Virus record (IMG/VR): IMGVR_UViG_3300046780_000148
Span: 8,848-72,847 of that record
Direction: 5' to 3' (one strand)
Source: a virus
DNA length: 64,000 nt
Under the pieces are notes generated by a model, which ran no database searches, was not told where the DNA came from, and saw only the letters and a list, made by a program, of their open reading frames with translations. Within the stretch, counting starts at the first letter, position 1, and each line of letters begins with the position of its first letter. Of the stretch, positions 35,908 through 45,322 are shown one piece after another. The position numbers and the translations under genes were made by a program.

Positions 35908-36335
35908 AGATCGTTAGTGGAGATAGAGGCTGGGGCCGAACTACATGGGCAGTAGATTGGCTACTGCAGGGAGAACCGATCAATAGCAACCCGTGGTGGA
36001 ATCGTCTTATCGTTTGTATTCACGAGAGTGAAACGGAACGAGTTCTGGGTCAAGTCCATACAGCATCGATGGAATGGGAGCGGCGCCTACGCAGGCTTCC
36101 GGTCGGATCTCTTCAGATGCAGCAGGCCGAGATCCTAGCTAATGCCCGCGCCTCTGTGGTGAGCTTAAATACGTACACAGAGCGGTCGCGAGGTATTCGA
36201 ATGGACATGGTCGAAGTGTGTATCGATAACTTCGATATGCTTCTGCACAAGCTGGGTGTCATGTTTCCACCGAAGGTACTGACCGTAACTAATTGGGAGC
36301 TAGAACAACTTCCCGACCCGAGAACTAATCGATGA
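35904..36335 (+). CDS. hypothetical protein with degenerate P-loop
   Basis: GDRGWGRTT...VCIDN. Confidence 0.6.
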   Translation: MKIVSGDRGWGRTTWAVDWLLQGEPINSNPWWNRLIVCIHESETERVLGQVHTASMEWERRLRRLPVGSLQMQQAEILANARASVVSLNTYTERSRGIRMDMVEVCIDNFDMLLHKLGVMFPPKVLTVTNWELEQLPDPRTNR

Positions 36336-36529
36336 AAACTACTGTCGAGTTGAATCGTGGAACACGTGCTAGGACCTGGGAGGTCGATGATATGCCCTAC
36401 ATCCCTGAGGGTGCATTGATTCACGACATAACCTATGGTGGCGCCTATAGGGTTGTAGTTAACAGCATCCTCCTGATCGACCGGGATGGGGTAGCTGAAG
36501 TAATCCAAAGGTTGGTGTGCGGACAATGA
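36332..36529 (+). CDS. hypothetical protein (paralog of next gene)
   Basis: W...MPYIPEGALI. Confidence 0.6.
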   Translation: MKTTVELNRGTRARTWEVDDMPYIPEGALIHDITYGGAYRVVVNSILLIDRDGVAEVIQRLVCGQ

Positions 36530-36705
36530 GAACGCGTGTTGAAGTTATTGGTCAGGAACTCGATAAGCATTGGGAAGGCGACTTACCAATTATTCCCAAA
36601 GGCTGTATAGTAGATATAGACTACAGTGGCTATGAAGTAGCCAAGTGCATAATCATGCTTGATGCTGATGGAGGTCCGGTACAGCTCTTGAGGTGCAACC
36701 CATGA
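36526..36705 (+). CDS. hypothetical protein (paralog of previous gene)
   Basis: W..DLPIIPKGCIV. Confidence 0.6.
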   Translation: MRTRVEVIGQELDKHWEGDLPIIPKGCIVDIDYSGYEVAKCIIMLDADGGPVQLLRCNP

Positions 36706-36902
36706 GCGAAGAACCACGTGTAACAGTTACTGTCGACCTAGAACAGTTCTGGAGAGTAAAGCTATCTGTTACTCGTGAGCAGTCACGTGACAGGGTTGCG
36801 ATGAACAAACTCATCGCAGTAGCAATAGCTGCGGGCGACTGTGAAACTGAGGGGCCAAGAGTGACTAACGCCATGTACGTAGATTTGAATATTCAACGAT
36901 GA
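36702..36902 (+). CDS. hypothetical protein
   Basis: ATGA overlap. Confidence 0.55.
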   Translation: MSEEPRVTVTVDLEQFWRVKLSVTREQSRDRVAMNKLIAVAIAAGDCETEGPRVTNAMYVDLNIQR

Positions 36903-37411
36903 GAATTATTGCGATCGATCCGGGACCGACTACGGGCATCTGTATCTACGACCACTTCGAAATGTCCGATCGCAGTAACGCATTTCTCGTCAAGCCTGGT
37001 TACGACAAGCGTGAGTTCATGTTCGATCAAGTGAATGTTAACTCTGCTGCGCAATACCTATGGTTCTGGGAACAGCTCAACTTTTGGTGTAACAATCCAG
37101 ACACACATGTTGTTCTCGAACGATTCAACTTCCGCAAGGACGAACGTGATCGTACGAAGATCATTTATACGCCTGCAGAGATCGTAGGCATCGTACGACT
37201 TTGGTGTCAGAAGAACAACGTCCACTGTGAGCTGCAAATGGCATCCGAAGCCAAAGCAGGGTTCTGGGATGACGATAAGCTCCGCCGCCTAGGACTCTAC
37301 AAGTCAGGATCGAAGCATGCGATGGATGCGCTCAAGCATTGCATGCAGTACCTGACCTTCACTCTTAACGACCAGTACTACATCTACAAACTCAAGCCGG
37401 AGAAGCTATGA
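36899..37411 (+). CDS. RuvC-like Holliday junction resolvase
   Basis: IIAIDPGPTTG...VVLERF...HAMDALKH. Confidence 0.8.
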   Translation: MRIIAIDPGPTTGICIYDHFEMSDRSNAFLVKPGYDKREFMFDQVNVNSAAQYLWFWEQLNFWCNNPDTHVVLERFNFRKDERDRTKIIYTPAEIVGIVRLWCQKNNVHCELQMASEAKAGFWDDDKLRRLGLYKSGSKHAMDALKHCMQYLTFTLNDQYYIYKLKPEKL

Positions 37412-37641
37412 CCAGTCCCCAAGTACAATTGGACGAAGCAGTTCATAGCAGTTTCGGTGCAGATGATTCATACGATGGATGGCTTCTCACAGGGTACGTG
37501 CTAGTCACTGCACATACTCGATATGACGGAGACAAGAGGACAACTAGGCTAAGTCGTACGTATCTCGGCGGCTCAATGCCACACCACGAGATTGTAGGAT
37601 TGTTGGAGTATGCAAAAGCATTAACGTTACACGAAGAGTAG
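37408..37641 (+). CDS. hypothetical protein
   Basis: ATGA overlap; last + strand gene. Confidence 0.65.
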   Translation: MTSPQVQLDEAVHSSFGADDSYDGWLLTGYVLVTAHTRYDGDKRTTRLSRTYLGGSMPHHEIVGLLEYAKALTLHEE

Positions 37642-37648
37642 GCATAGT

Positions 37649-37686
37649 GCTGGCCCGTGACCTTTGAGGGAGGATCACGGGCCAGC
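37649..37686. terminator. hairpin at convergence of the two genome arms
   Basis: GCTGGCCCGTGA/TCACGGGCCAGC. Confidence 0.75.
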
Positions 37687-37689
37687 GGT

Positions 37690-38925
37690 CTACTTGACGC
37701 TAACGTCTACCGTCTTAGGTCCTATGCTAGTGCGAACTACGGGAACCTGCAATGACAAATTAGCCTTAAGGGCCGCTACAGATACAGACACATCAGGAGT
37801 TCTAGGTGACAATCCCCTGCTCACTGATGGCGCACCAAAGGCTTGCTGGCTAGGAATTCCTGTAGGCGAGATCGTTAGCGTTATGGTAGGCGTGCCAAAC
37901 TTTTCGCAGCTCGCGATTCCTGTGGGTGAGATAATCGCAGGGGCAGTAATCGTTGGAGACCCAAAAGCTTGTGCGCTAGCTATTCCTGTAGGCGCAATCG
38001 TAGCCGTGGTACTGATCGTTGGGTTACCGAACTGTTCCCGGCTAGGTATTCCTTGGGCGGAAATAGTAGCCGAAGTCGTAATCGTAGGAGAGCCAAAAGC
38101 TTCTTGACTTGCGATCCCTGTGGGCGATACAACCTGAGTAATGGCTGGATTGCCAAATTGCTCCTGGCTAAGTATTCCATTGGGCGACAGAGTATACGAT
38201 GTACTAATTGTAGGAGATCCAAAGACCTCTTGCGATGCAATTCCACTAGGTGCAATTGTCTGCACTGCAGGACCAATCGGCCCAGTATCCGTAATGGTAG
38301 GAATTGCGAACCACTCTGCAGGCAAGTTAGATAGCGAACCAACCTGCCCCAGAGTAACTTCATCAATGCCGGCAGCGCCAAGGGATGCAGCCGAAATGTT
38401 AATAGGTGTTTCGACGGGAGTTGTACTATTGCCCAGGTAGTAGGCAAAGGTAATTAGCCCGCCTGTAACTGTTACTGTGAACTCAAAGCGGTACAGCGTA
38501 GTGATAGATAGGTTATTGACTGTGATACCAATCTGGGTAGTACCTGAGTCAACAATCTGGATCTTACCGGTAGAGGTACGTACAAGGCGCATAACCTGAA
38601 CTGCGCCAGAAGTTCGCAGTCTATAGATGGGTGGGTTGATAGCCGCACCCAAACCACTCATGTAAAAGTAGAAGCTGATGGTTACAGGTGTGCCCGCAGC
38701 GTACCCTAGACCCGTCCACATCTCCTGCGGCGTAGCTGCAGTTGCAGATGTCGACATCTCAGTGGCGAGACTGCCAGGAAGTACTACAACGGTATTATCG
38801 TAGATGACTACACAGCTAGTACTGTTGATGACGTTAAATGCATCGCCCGAGGTGCCACCAGAGTTGGCTGGAGTAACGGTAACCCCGTTGGTTCCCCCAG
38901 CGCCCGTATTTCGCCGCGTAGTCAT
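37690..38925 (-). CDS. virion/tail-associated protein with lectin-like N-domain and seven ~21-aa repeats
   Basis: beta-rich N-terminus; repeated ISPTGIASxExFGxPTI. Confidence 0.75.
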   Translation of the reverse strand: MTTRRNTGAGGTNGVTVTPANSGGTSGDAFNVINSTSCVVIYDNTVVVLPGSLATEMSTSATAATPQEMWTGLGYAAGTPVTISFYFYMSGLGAAINPPIYRLRTSGAVQVMRLVRTSTGKIQIVDSGTTQIGITVNNLSITTLYRFEFTVTVTGGLITFAYYLGNSTTPVETPINISAASLGAAGIDEVTLGQVGSLSNLPAEWFAIPTITDTGPIGPAVQTIAPSGIASQEVFGSPTISTSYTLSPNGILSQEQFGNPAITQVVSPTGIASQEAFGSPTITTSATISAQGIPSREQFGNPTISTTATIAPTGIASAQAFGSPTITAPAIISPTGIASCEKFGTPTITLTISPTGIPSQQAFGAPSVSRGLSPRTPDVSVSVAALKANLSLQVPVVRTSIGPKTVDVSVK

Positions 38926-38933
38926 CTATGCCC

Positions 38934-39791
38934 CTAGAGCTTGAAGATACGGTTCGAACCATTATCCCAAGTAACGAGAATGTTACCACCATTGGGAGTT
39001 ACAGGAAGTCCCGAAGCTGTTACAGGAGCTAGAGCCCGTGCAGCAGCAGTCACCGTTGTAGAGGACACGGTCAAAGACCTATCTCCGGCATTGCCTGCAA
39101 CTGTAAGTGTCGCGCTCTGCCCTGTGGAGAACGTAAGGACCGTACCATTCGGAATGCCCGCAACTAGAGGTTCAACAACAAGGGTAGTGCCTGCGGTAAG
39201 AGTTGCGTCAGCAGTCACTGTGTGATAGCCAGTAATAATTGCTACCACGTTTGAGGTGCTATCTGTTCCAGTATCCTTGAAGATGATTAGTGCCTTGATC
39301 GGGTTGCCAGAGATGCTTGTGAAGGTCGTATCGGCAGCATCAAAGACACCTGATGTGAAGGTCTTAGATCCTAGTGTCTGCTTGGCGCCAACTAGTGCCG
39401 CATTGAAATCGTCGAAGAAGTCCGCAGACGTTGATGGTCCAAGGCACATAGCAATACCGCCGGACGTATACGCAGCCGATCCTACGACGTTCACACCTGA
39501 TACAGGATTGGTAAGCTCGAAGGTGTTTGCAGCTACGTTAGCAATCTTCCAAACACCATTGGCCGAAAGGTTGCCACCAACGCCGTTGACGAATACCAAG
39601 TCACCATTCGTGAAGCCGTGAGCAGTAGCCGTAATGACAATCGGCGTAGCGTTCGTAGCACCCGTGATGGTCTTGATGCCTACGTCGTTAGTTGCTAGAT
39701 CGAGTGCTGCAACGGAAATAGTATCCGATGTCATGTTAATGGTACCCGCCAGAATATACTGACGGCCCAGTTCAAATAGCCCGTTAGACAC
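38934..39791 (-). CDS. minor virion (tail-associated) protein
   Basis: G/T/A-rich; ITGATNATPIVITATAHG; FDAAD...PNGGNI...W...IFKL. Confidence 0.75.
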   Translation of the reverse strand: MSNGLFELGRQYILAGTINMTSDTISVAALDLATNDVGIKTITGATNATPIVITATAHGFTNGDLVFVNGVGGNLSANGVWKIANVAANTFELTNPVSGVNVVGSAAYTSGGIAMCLGPSTSADFFDDFNAALVGAKQTLGSKTFTSGVFDAADTTFTSISGNPIKALIIFKDTGTDSTSNVVAIITGYHTVTADATLTAGTTLVVEPLVAGIPNGTVLTFSTGQSATLTVAGNAGDRSLTVSSTTVTAAARALAPVTASGLPVTPNGGNILVTWDNGSNRIFKL

Positions 39792-39799
39792 AAGTCCTC

Positions 39800-40153
39800 C
39801 TAGGTCGTCACTTGCTGGCGAACAGTTACATCCCCGAAGAGGGGTCTCTTAGTAGGCACCCCCGCAATGCCATAAAGGAACAGGTCGTACACACCCACTA
39901 GCCAAGTATAGGCGGTCGTCTTAGCTGCTGAGATGTGTACGTATACCTGTCCAGCGCTTCCATTGATAGTGATACCCGAACCGACCGTTAGTGTTTCTAA
40001 AACGGTTCCGCCAATACTGTTGCGAATCTCCATCTTCGCCGTCCAACTAGTTATGTCTTGGACAGCCGAATGTATATCATCAACCCACACCTGCAGTGCG
40101 AGATCGAGATCCGCGCCTTGATCGACTGCTAAGTCATACCTAGTGGCAGACAT
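39800..40153 (-). CDS. tail-fibre adaptor-like beta-sandwich protein
   Basis: DQGAD...DITSWTAKMEIR...GVYDL. Confidence 0.65.
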   Translation of the reverse strand: MSATRYDLAVDQGADLDLALQVWVDDIHSAVQDITSWTAKMEIRNSIGGTVLETLTVGSGITINGSAGQVYVHISAAKTTAYTWLVGVYDLFLYGIAGVPTKRPLFGDVTVRQQVTT

Positions 40154-40154
40154 A

Positions 40155-41156
40155 TTAAACCTTCTGTACCAGGTTTAGCTTACTCAGGACAGCTACAGCA
40201 ATACGGTCTACGTCAGCATCCGACAGAGGTGCCGCAGGAACAGTCTCAGTCGGGATTGCTTCCACCATAGTAGTGAGCGTGGAGATGGCCCCTGCAAGCT
40301 TACCCAGACCCACGTTAACAGTATTGATCAGTTCGTAGGTCTCAGTGATGCCGGATTCCCACGTGATGAACTTGTTAGTAGTAGCATCGAAGCGTGACGG
40401 AAAATTCTTAAGCTGCCCATCAGTGTGCAAGAGTACATCTAGATCTGTAGCGGTAGTCATGGGTTCACCCTTTCCAATTAGTGTGTAGAACGTCGATTCC
40501 GTTCCTTCGTAAGCTGACGCGTCGCACTTTGGCTGTGTACCAATAGTGACAGCACCTCCGCAGTATTGCCACAGCGAAGGCATTCTTGGGGGCGTCCCAT
40601 ATGCCTTCCATCCTGGACCACTTGAACCTCCGCACTGTGCATAACGAATCTTCATGTCAATACTAGTTGCGTTCGGATAGTTAGCATTCCAAAGAGGTTC
40701 GGTCGTAGGAACGCTGGCACCGTACTCGCCCTTAGACGCGTACTCAATAACTGTTAGGCCTGACTTCTGCTTTAGCAGAACAGCTGCCTCATGTCCTACT
40801 TCACCTGAAACGTGATCGTAGGGCCAAGTCTCCGTATCCATCTGAAAGAACCCACCCGGATGTGTAAGCAGCCAAGGTGCATCAGACTTCACGTACGCCA
40901 AGAAGTAGTCGACCTGTTGCGATACAGTTCCGTTACCCCCATCACCGGGAGTGCGAGGAACCATATAGGCACCTACGAAAGGCAGACCAGCATCTCGAGC
41001 ACGCTTGACGCCTTCACCAAAGTGCTTATGCCGAATGCTAGTACCTTCGGTCGCCTTGTGTGTGAAGCCGGTCAAACCGGCCCCCTTGGCTGCGACGAGA
41101 TCCACAGGGCCTTTAGGCCAATCGAAATCAGAGCAGTCCCAAAAATATAGAGTCAT
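40155..41156 (-). CDS. endolysin, GH25 muramidase-like
   Basis: DCS...HKATEG...QVDYF...MDTE...LWNANY...LWQY. Confidence 0.85.
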   Translation of the reverse strand: MTLYFWDCSDFDWPKGPVDLVAAKGAGLTGFTHKATEGTSIRHKHFGEGVKRARDAGLPFVGAYMVPRTPGDGGNGTVSQQVDYFLAYVKSDAPWLLTHPGGFFQMDTETWPYDHVSGEVGHEAAVLLKQKSGLTVIEYASKGEYGASVPTTEPLWNANYPNATSIDMKIRYAQCGGSSGPGWKAYGTPPRMPSLWQYCGGAVTIGTQPKCDASAYEGTESTFYTLIGKGEPMTTATDLDVLLHTDGQLKNFPSRFDATTNKFITWESGITETYELINTVNVGLGKLAGAISTLTTMVEAIPTETVPAAPLSDADVDRIAVAVLSKLNLVQKV

Positions 41157-41157
41157 G

Positions 41158-41490
41158 TCACTTACATCCTAAGCTGACGACCAGCTCGTGCATCTTCTTT
41201 GCGACTGTAATACCTGTAGGAGTCGTGGGCGGTTGTGCGGTATAAGCCCCGTCGAGAGTGGTAAGAACCGCACAGAACTTTTGCTCATCTGCGAGGGCTT
41301 TCGTTGCAGCCACAGCAGCATCAGCAGCAGCCTTTGCAGCCTTTTCGGATGCGATGTTACTTCGTCTTACGGCTTCATTGCCTACATGGTTTGTATATAT
41401 AATGTTGACGAGTACGAGTAGTGCAAACGATACTATTACAGTGATGAGCAGACGAGCAGTTGTCATTCCCATACGACGTGGTTGACTCAT
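41158..41490 (-). CDS. lysis-cassette membrane protein
   Basis: N-terminal TM, Ala-rich coiled coil, Cys pair. Confidence 0.7.
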   Translation of the reverse strand: MSQPRRMGMTTARLLITVIVSFALLVLVNIIYTNHVGNEAVRRSNIASEKAAKAAADAAVAATKALADEQKFCAVLTTLDGAYTAQPPTTPTGITVAKKMHELVVSLGCK

Positions 41491-41518
41491 TTGATCACCC
41501 CAGCAATATGTAGCCAGA

Positions 41519-41767
41519 TTACGAAGACTGTTCCACCGACGAGGAAGGCGCTGATGGCGATGATGACGTGGTTGTACGTGCGGGCGTCTCGCTGCCACGT
41601 AGCAACTGAACTGCTCCTACTGCCCCCGGCGTTCCGATTAGTGCTCCGTATAGGACTAGGAGGTCTAGGTTTACGTGACCCGTGATCTCTTGGTGGATTA
41701 TACCGAAGACTCCCACCGCTAGAAGCACTAAGTCTCGGATCACCGCCACCAGTGCTTGAATTTTCAC
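41519..41767 (-). CDS. putative holin
   Basis: two TM segments; upstream of lysin. Confidence 0.6.
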   Translation of the reverse strand: MKIQALVAVIRDLVLLAVGVFGIIHQEITGHVNLDLLVLYGALIGTPGAVGAVQLLRGSETPARTTTSSSPSAPSSSVEQSS

Positions 41768-41800
41768 GCACTGCCTCTCCCTCTCCAGGTCTGCAAAGAC

Positions 41801-42283
41801 TTAACGACGATTGTCGCCCGAGCGGTCTGCTTCGCTCGATTGATTGAACCTAAGATGTTGACGTACTTCTTTGGGATCAATCCTAGTACCGGACCTAATA
41901 GCATCGATGTGTTCTTGAAACTTTGATATACGTTCAGGAGTAATTCCGTGGTGAACGTGAAATGGTTTGAAGTGATCACTTTTGTGATCTATGCTAACCA
42001 TATTCTTCTTGACGTGGAGGATATTGTTGAGATGAATCTTCTTAGCTTCTACTGCCGTCATATTGTGAATGTCGGGCGGTTGAATAAACTGCTCGTGAAG
42101 AATGATATCCAAGATCGTTTCCGTGTCTGTGGGATCCAAGTCATACTCCACGATACGCCAATGGGGCGCAGTAATCCCAATAGCGTGAGTATGTCCTGAA
42201 CCGTCCGGCTTGATGAAGTGTGCGCGCCAAAGAGGTCTGGCGCTATCAAGTCCAAAAGCATCAGGTACATATATCTCTGGCAT
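41801..42283 (-). CDS. hypothetical protein
   Basis: GGAGGT RBS. Confidence 0.7.
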   Translation of the reverse strand: MPEIYVPDAFGLDSARPLWRAHFIKPDGSGHTHAIGITAPHWRIVEYDLDPTDTETILDIILHEQFIQPPDIHNMTAVEAKKIHLNNILHVKKNMVSIDHKSDHFKPFHVHHGITPERISKFQEHIDAIRSGTRIDPKEVRQHLRFNQSSEADRSGDNRR

Positions 42284-42291
42284 GGCACCTC

Positions 42292-43161
42292 CTAAAGTCT
42301 AAATGCCCAAAAGTTAACATGCTCAGCTGCTGACGATCCCGTTGTCCAAGCTAAGGTAAATCCACTAGTGGAAACTGAACGCAGTGACTGTGAATGGTTA
42401 GCAGTATCTTCCAGAACAGCGACTACGGCTACGGTTGTGCTCTTGGTGGATCCATATGTTACTGCATACGATGTGTCACCAATAGTTCCTGCAGAAGGCC
42501 GACCCATGATCAAGCCTTGCGTAGCACCATCATCGAATGCATTCTCCCAGCGGCCGAAGTAACTTACAGTATTGGCTGCATCGTTGAAGTACCACCAAGT
42601 TGTATTGGTATTCCAAAGACCCATCCAAGCCTGGTCACTGAACAGATCTATGTAACCACCACCAGGTTGGAGTTGGTTAGGTGTTGCTATATCATCGCCC
42701 ACCATAACATAGGCACGAGCACCATCAATACCATGGATTCCTCCATCGTATGTAACAGCGCCTCCGGCTGCAGGACCTGCGTATAGAATGCCTCGATCAG
42801 CCGATACACCAATGCGTGTACCCAAACCTGTTCCAGCATCGATACCCGAGTATATGACAATCTTCGCTTCGCCAGCTGTGTAGGTTCCTGGCGCTGAAAT
42901 CATTGATGAATAGTTAGTTGGGTTGTCGTTCGGTACAAATCTTATCTCAGGCTCTGTGGTGCTATTAGGATTGATGACGATCGAATTGCCATTAGCCTTA
43001 ACAACAGTAATGGATCCGTCATCGTTAATGGTAATGCCATTACGTGACACTGCTGTGAATGATGCCTGAGGACTTGTCTCTAGAGCCCTTAGGCGCTTCT
43101 CTAGTCCGAGGATGTGATCGATTAAGTCTTTCTTCTTGCCATTATATCTATCAAGAGTCAC
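42292..43161 (-). CDS. minor tail protein
   Basis: LEKRLRALE coiled coil; C-terminal H-lectin-like SGFT...NFWAF. Confidence 0.75.
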   Translation of the reverse strand: MTLDRYNGKKKDLIDHILGLEKRLRALETSPQASFTAVSRNGITINDDGSITVVKANGNSIVINPNSTTEPEIRFVPNDNPTNYSSMISAPGTYTAGEAKIVIYSGIDAGTGLGTRIGVSADRGILYAGPAAGGAVTYDGGIHGIDGARAYVMVGDDIATPNQLQPGGGYIDLFSDQAWMGLWNTNTTWWYFNDAANTVSYFGRWENAFDDGATQGLIMGRPSAGTIGDTSYAVTYGSTKSTTVAVVAVLEDTANHSQSLRSVSTSGFTLAWTTGSSAAEHVNFWAFRL

Positions 43162-44254
43162 TGACTTGGATCCCTTCAAAAGTGAATTGCACTTCTTCAT
43201 CGGATCCTTGTTCAGGCGGATTATAATCCCACCGAATAATTCTCTTTACAGTATTCAGGGTTACGGTATGCCAAGCATCTAAGAAGGACAAGTTGCAGTA
43301 GTCACCAATTCCCCAACTACCAAATATAGGATCCCTATCAGCCTTCTGCACTACTACTAGGTTGTTAATGGGTGTAGCCGATAGAGCTGCTTGCTGCTTT
43401 GCTAACTGATTTAGAGTCTTCTGATCTGTAGTGTTCTTACTCTGTGCTATAAGGTCAATACGCAAGTATCCAGAGTCGATTAGATCCTGCCTATGAGTAA
43501 TAGAAATCAGAGCCGAGTCACCCTGCCCAGCGCCTAGGGTGTAAACATCTGTACCCGAATCACTAACAGAATCCGTTTCCCAGTAGTTAATGATGTTGCC
43601 GGGATAGTCGAACGTTAGCGAATCATCAGATAGCGCAGCACCTAGGTTGGGCTGTTCGGCACGCAACGTTACTAGGTAGGAATTGCCTAAGCGAGCCCAA
43701 TCGATAATCCAGTCGAAGCCAATGTCGCCATTAGCTAGCTGATCCATAAGAGTGCCATAGTCCTGATAATCCGTTTCCAAAACGTGAACCGTCTGTGTAA
43801 CAGTTTGCTGCTTGGGAAAGGATGCCGGCACAACCATGTTCAGGTTACTTCCAGCTTCTCCCTGCAGAGTATTCCAAAGTGCGATAAAGATATCTAGCTG
43901 ATCACCCGTCATACTGAAGTCAGACATCAATCGGTAACTAGGATACTTCTCATAGGACTTGCAATAGAGTTCTAGATTCTTTCCATCGCTCTGATATGTT
44001 CTCGCCCAAATGATTCCGCCCCAAATGACGGAACCAGCTTTCTCCGCAACCAAGTAGCAGAAGCCAGGTTCGGTAGCAAGCTTGACGGTGGCGTTGTCGT
44101 ACCCCGTAGAGTCTAAGTAGAAGGTGGCACGAAGCTCTCCACCGGCATTAATCTCAGAGGACATGGTTACGCTAGAGAGCGGCAACTCCATCACTACTTC
44201 TCCGGTACGTATGTTACCGAGAACGTAGTTAATAGAATTGGTTAGTTGGGTCAT
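43151..44254 (-). CDS. minor tail protein (hub/Tal, ReqiPepy6 gp37-like)
   Basis: ELPL...WGGIIW...FDYPGNI; position in tail operon. Confidence 0.8.
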   Translation of the reverse strand: MTQLTNSINYVLGNIRTGEVVMELPLSSVTMSSEINAGGELRATFYLDSTGYDNATVKLATEPGFCYLVAEKAGSVIWGGIIWARTYQSDGKNLELYCKSYEKYPSYRLMSDFSMTGDQLDIFIALWNTLQGEAGSNLNMVVPASFPKQQTVTQTVHVLETDYQDYGTLMDQLANGDIGFDWIIDWARLGNSYLVTLRAEQPNLGAALSDDSLTFDYPGNIINYWETDSVSDSGTDVYTLGAGQGDSALISITHRQDLIDSGYLRIDLIAQSKNTTDQKTLNQLAKQQAALSATPINNLVVVQKADRDPIFGSWGIGDYCNLSFLDAWHTVTLNTVKRIIRWDYNPPEQGSDEEVQFTFEGIQVSDS

Positions 44255-44255
44255 G

Positions 44256-45320
44256 CTAGTTCTGCTCGTATGTAAAGGCAAAGCTAATAGTATCAGTATT
44301 AGCCATAACTACGGGGGTAGAACCGCTCCATCTATCACCGTTGCTGCCTCCCGCTGCTAGCGTGTTGCTAGTAAGAGTGAAAGCTACATAGCCGTAGGTG
44401 TTAGCCGCAGAAGCGTCACGGATGGTACAAGTACCAGCCGATTCAAATACCGCTCCTGATTGAGTGTTGCTCGGAATGCTAATGGTATAGTTACCACTAC
44501 CTGGCGCAGTGGTAGAACCAATAGTAATACGTGCTCGACCATGAACGATCTTACCTATTTGTGTCCAGGAGCCCGTGATACTACCATTACCAATAGTCGG
44601 GAGAGTTCCACTGGAACTCCATGTGGGAGAGTACGAAGGCCACTGCGGCTGATAAGCACTAATCGTGAGCCAACTACCCGAACCCACATCCCAGATTTGT
44701 AGTGTCTTCGTATCCGTGAGCCAAATTGCGTATCCTGCATACAAGTTGTTTGTGGGCTTAGTCGAACTAGTACAAGGATAGATGCCACCCATACTCGTGA
44801 TAGGCAGTCGTGTATCGGTCACATTGGAATTCAGAACTGAGGTAACTCCTGCATTGACACGAACTTGTGCAATGACTAGGGAGTTAGCTGGTGCTGTAGC
44901 AGGTGCCGGCGACGATGCAGGAGTACCTGCAATAACATTAAGTGCTGCGTCGTTAAACGCTGTACTATATTGTGCGTCGCGAATCTGCATAACAACAACG
45001 TCGATGCGTGGCAGTGTCGGATGCGACGCAGTTACTGTAACCGTAAGAGAGGCATCGTTCAAGCAGGTGTACTGTCCCTGCTTACCGCCCTCAGTACCTG
45101 GTACAACACAAACGCCTGCTGCAATATCTACGGACATTGCAGGGCTTACTGACTGCGTAACCTTGAGAGCCCCACCCAGCGTCATGTTGACACCACCGAA
45201 GGACTTAAGACTGTTAGAACTCAAAGGTCCAAGAGTAAGTGCATTGGCAATACTTCTATCAGTCTCGGCCGTATGTGTGGCCAGATTCTGAAAATACGCT
45301 ACGGGCTGTATAACGGTCAC
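44256..45320 (-). CDS. minor tail protein
   Basis: MSVDIAAG...PRIDVVV...GTPASSPAP. Confidence 0.8.
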   Translation of the reverse strand: MTVIQPVAYFQNLATHTAETDRSIANALTLGPLSSNSLKSFGGVNMTLGGALKVTQSVSPAMSVDIAAGVCVVPGTEGGKQGQYTCLNDASLTVTVTASHPTLPRIDVVVMQIRDAQYSTAFNDAALNVIAGTPASSPAPATAPANSLVIAQVRVNAGVTSVLNSNVTDTRLPITSMGGIYPCTSSTKPTNNLYAGYAIWLTDTKTLQIWDVGSGSWLTISAYQPQWPSYSPTWSSSGTLPTIGNGSITGSWTQIGKIVHGRARITIGSTTAPGSGNYTISIPSNTQSGAVFESAGTCTIRDASAANTYGYVAFTLTSNTLAAGGSNGDRWSGSTPVVMANTDTISFAFTYEQN

Positions 45321-45322
45321 AA

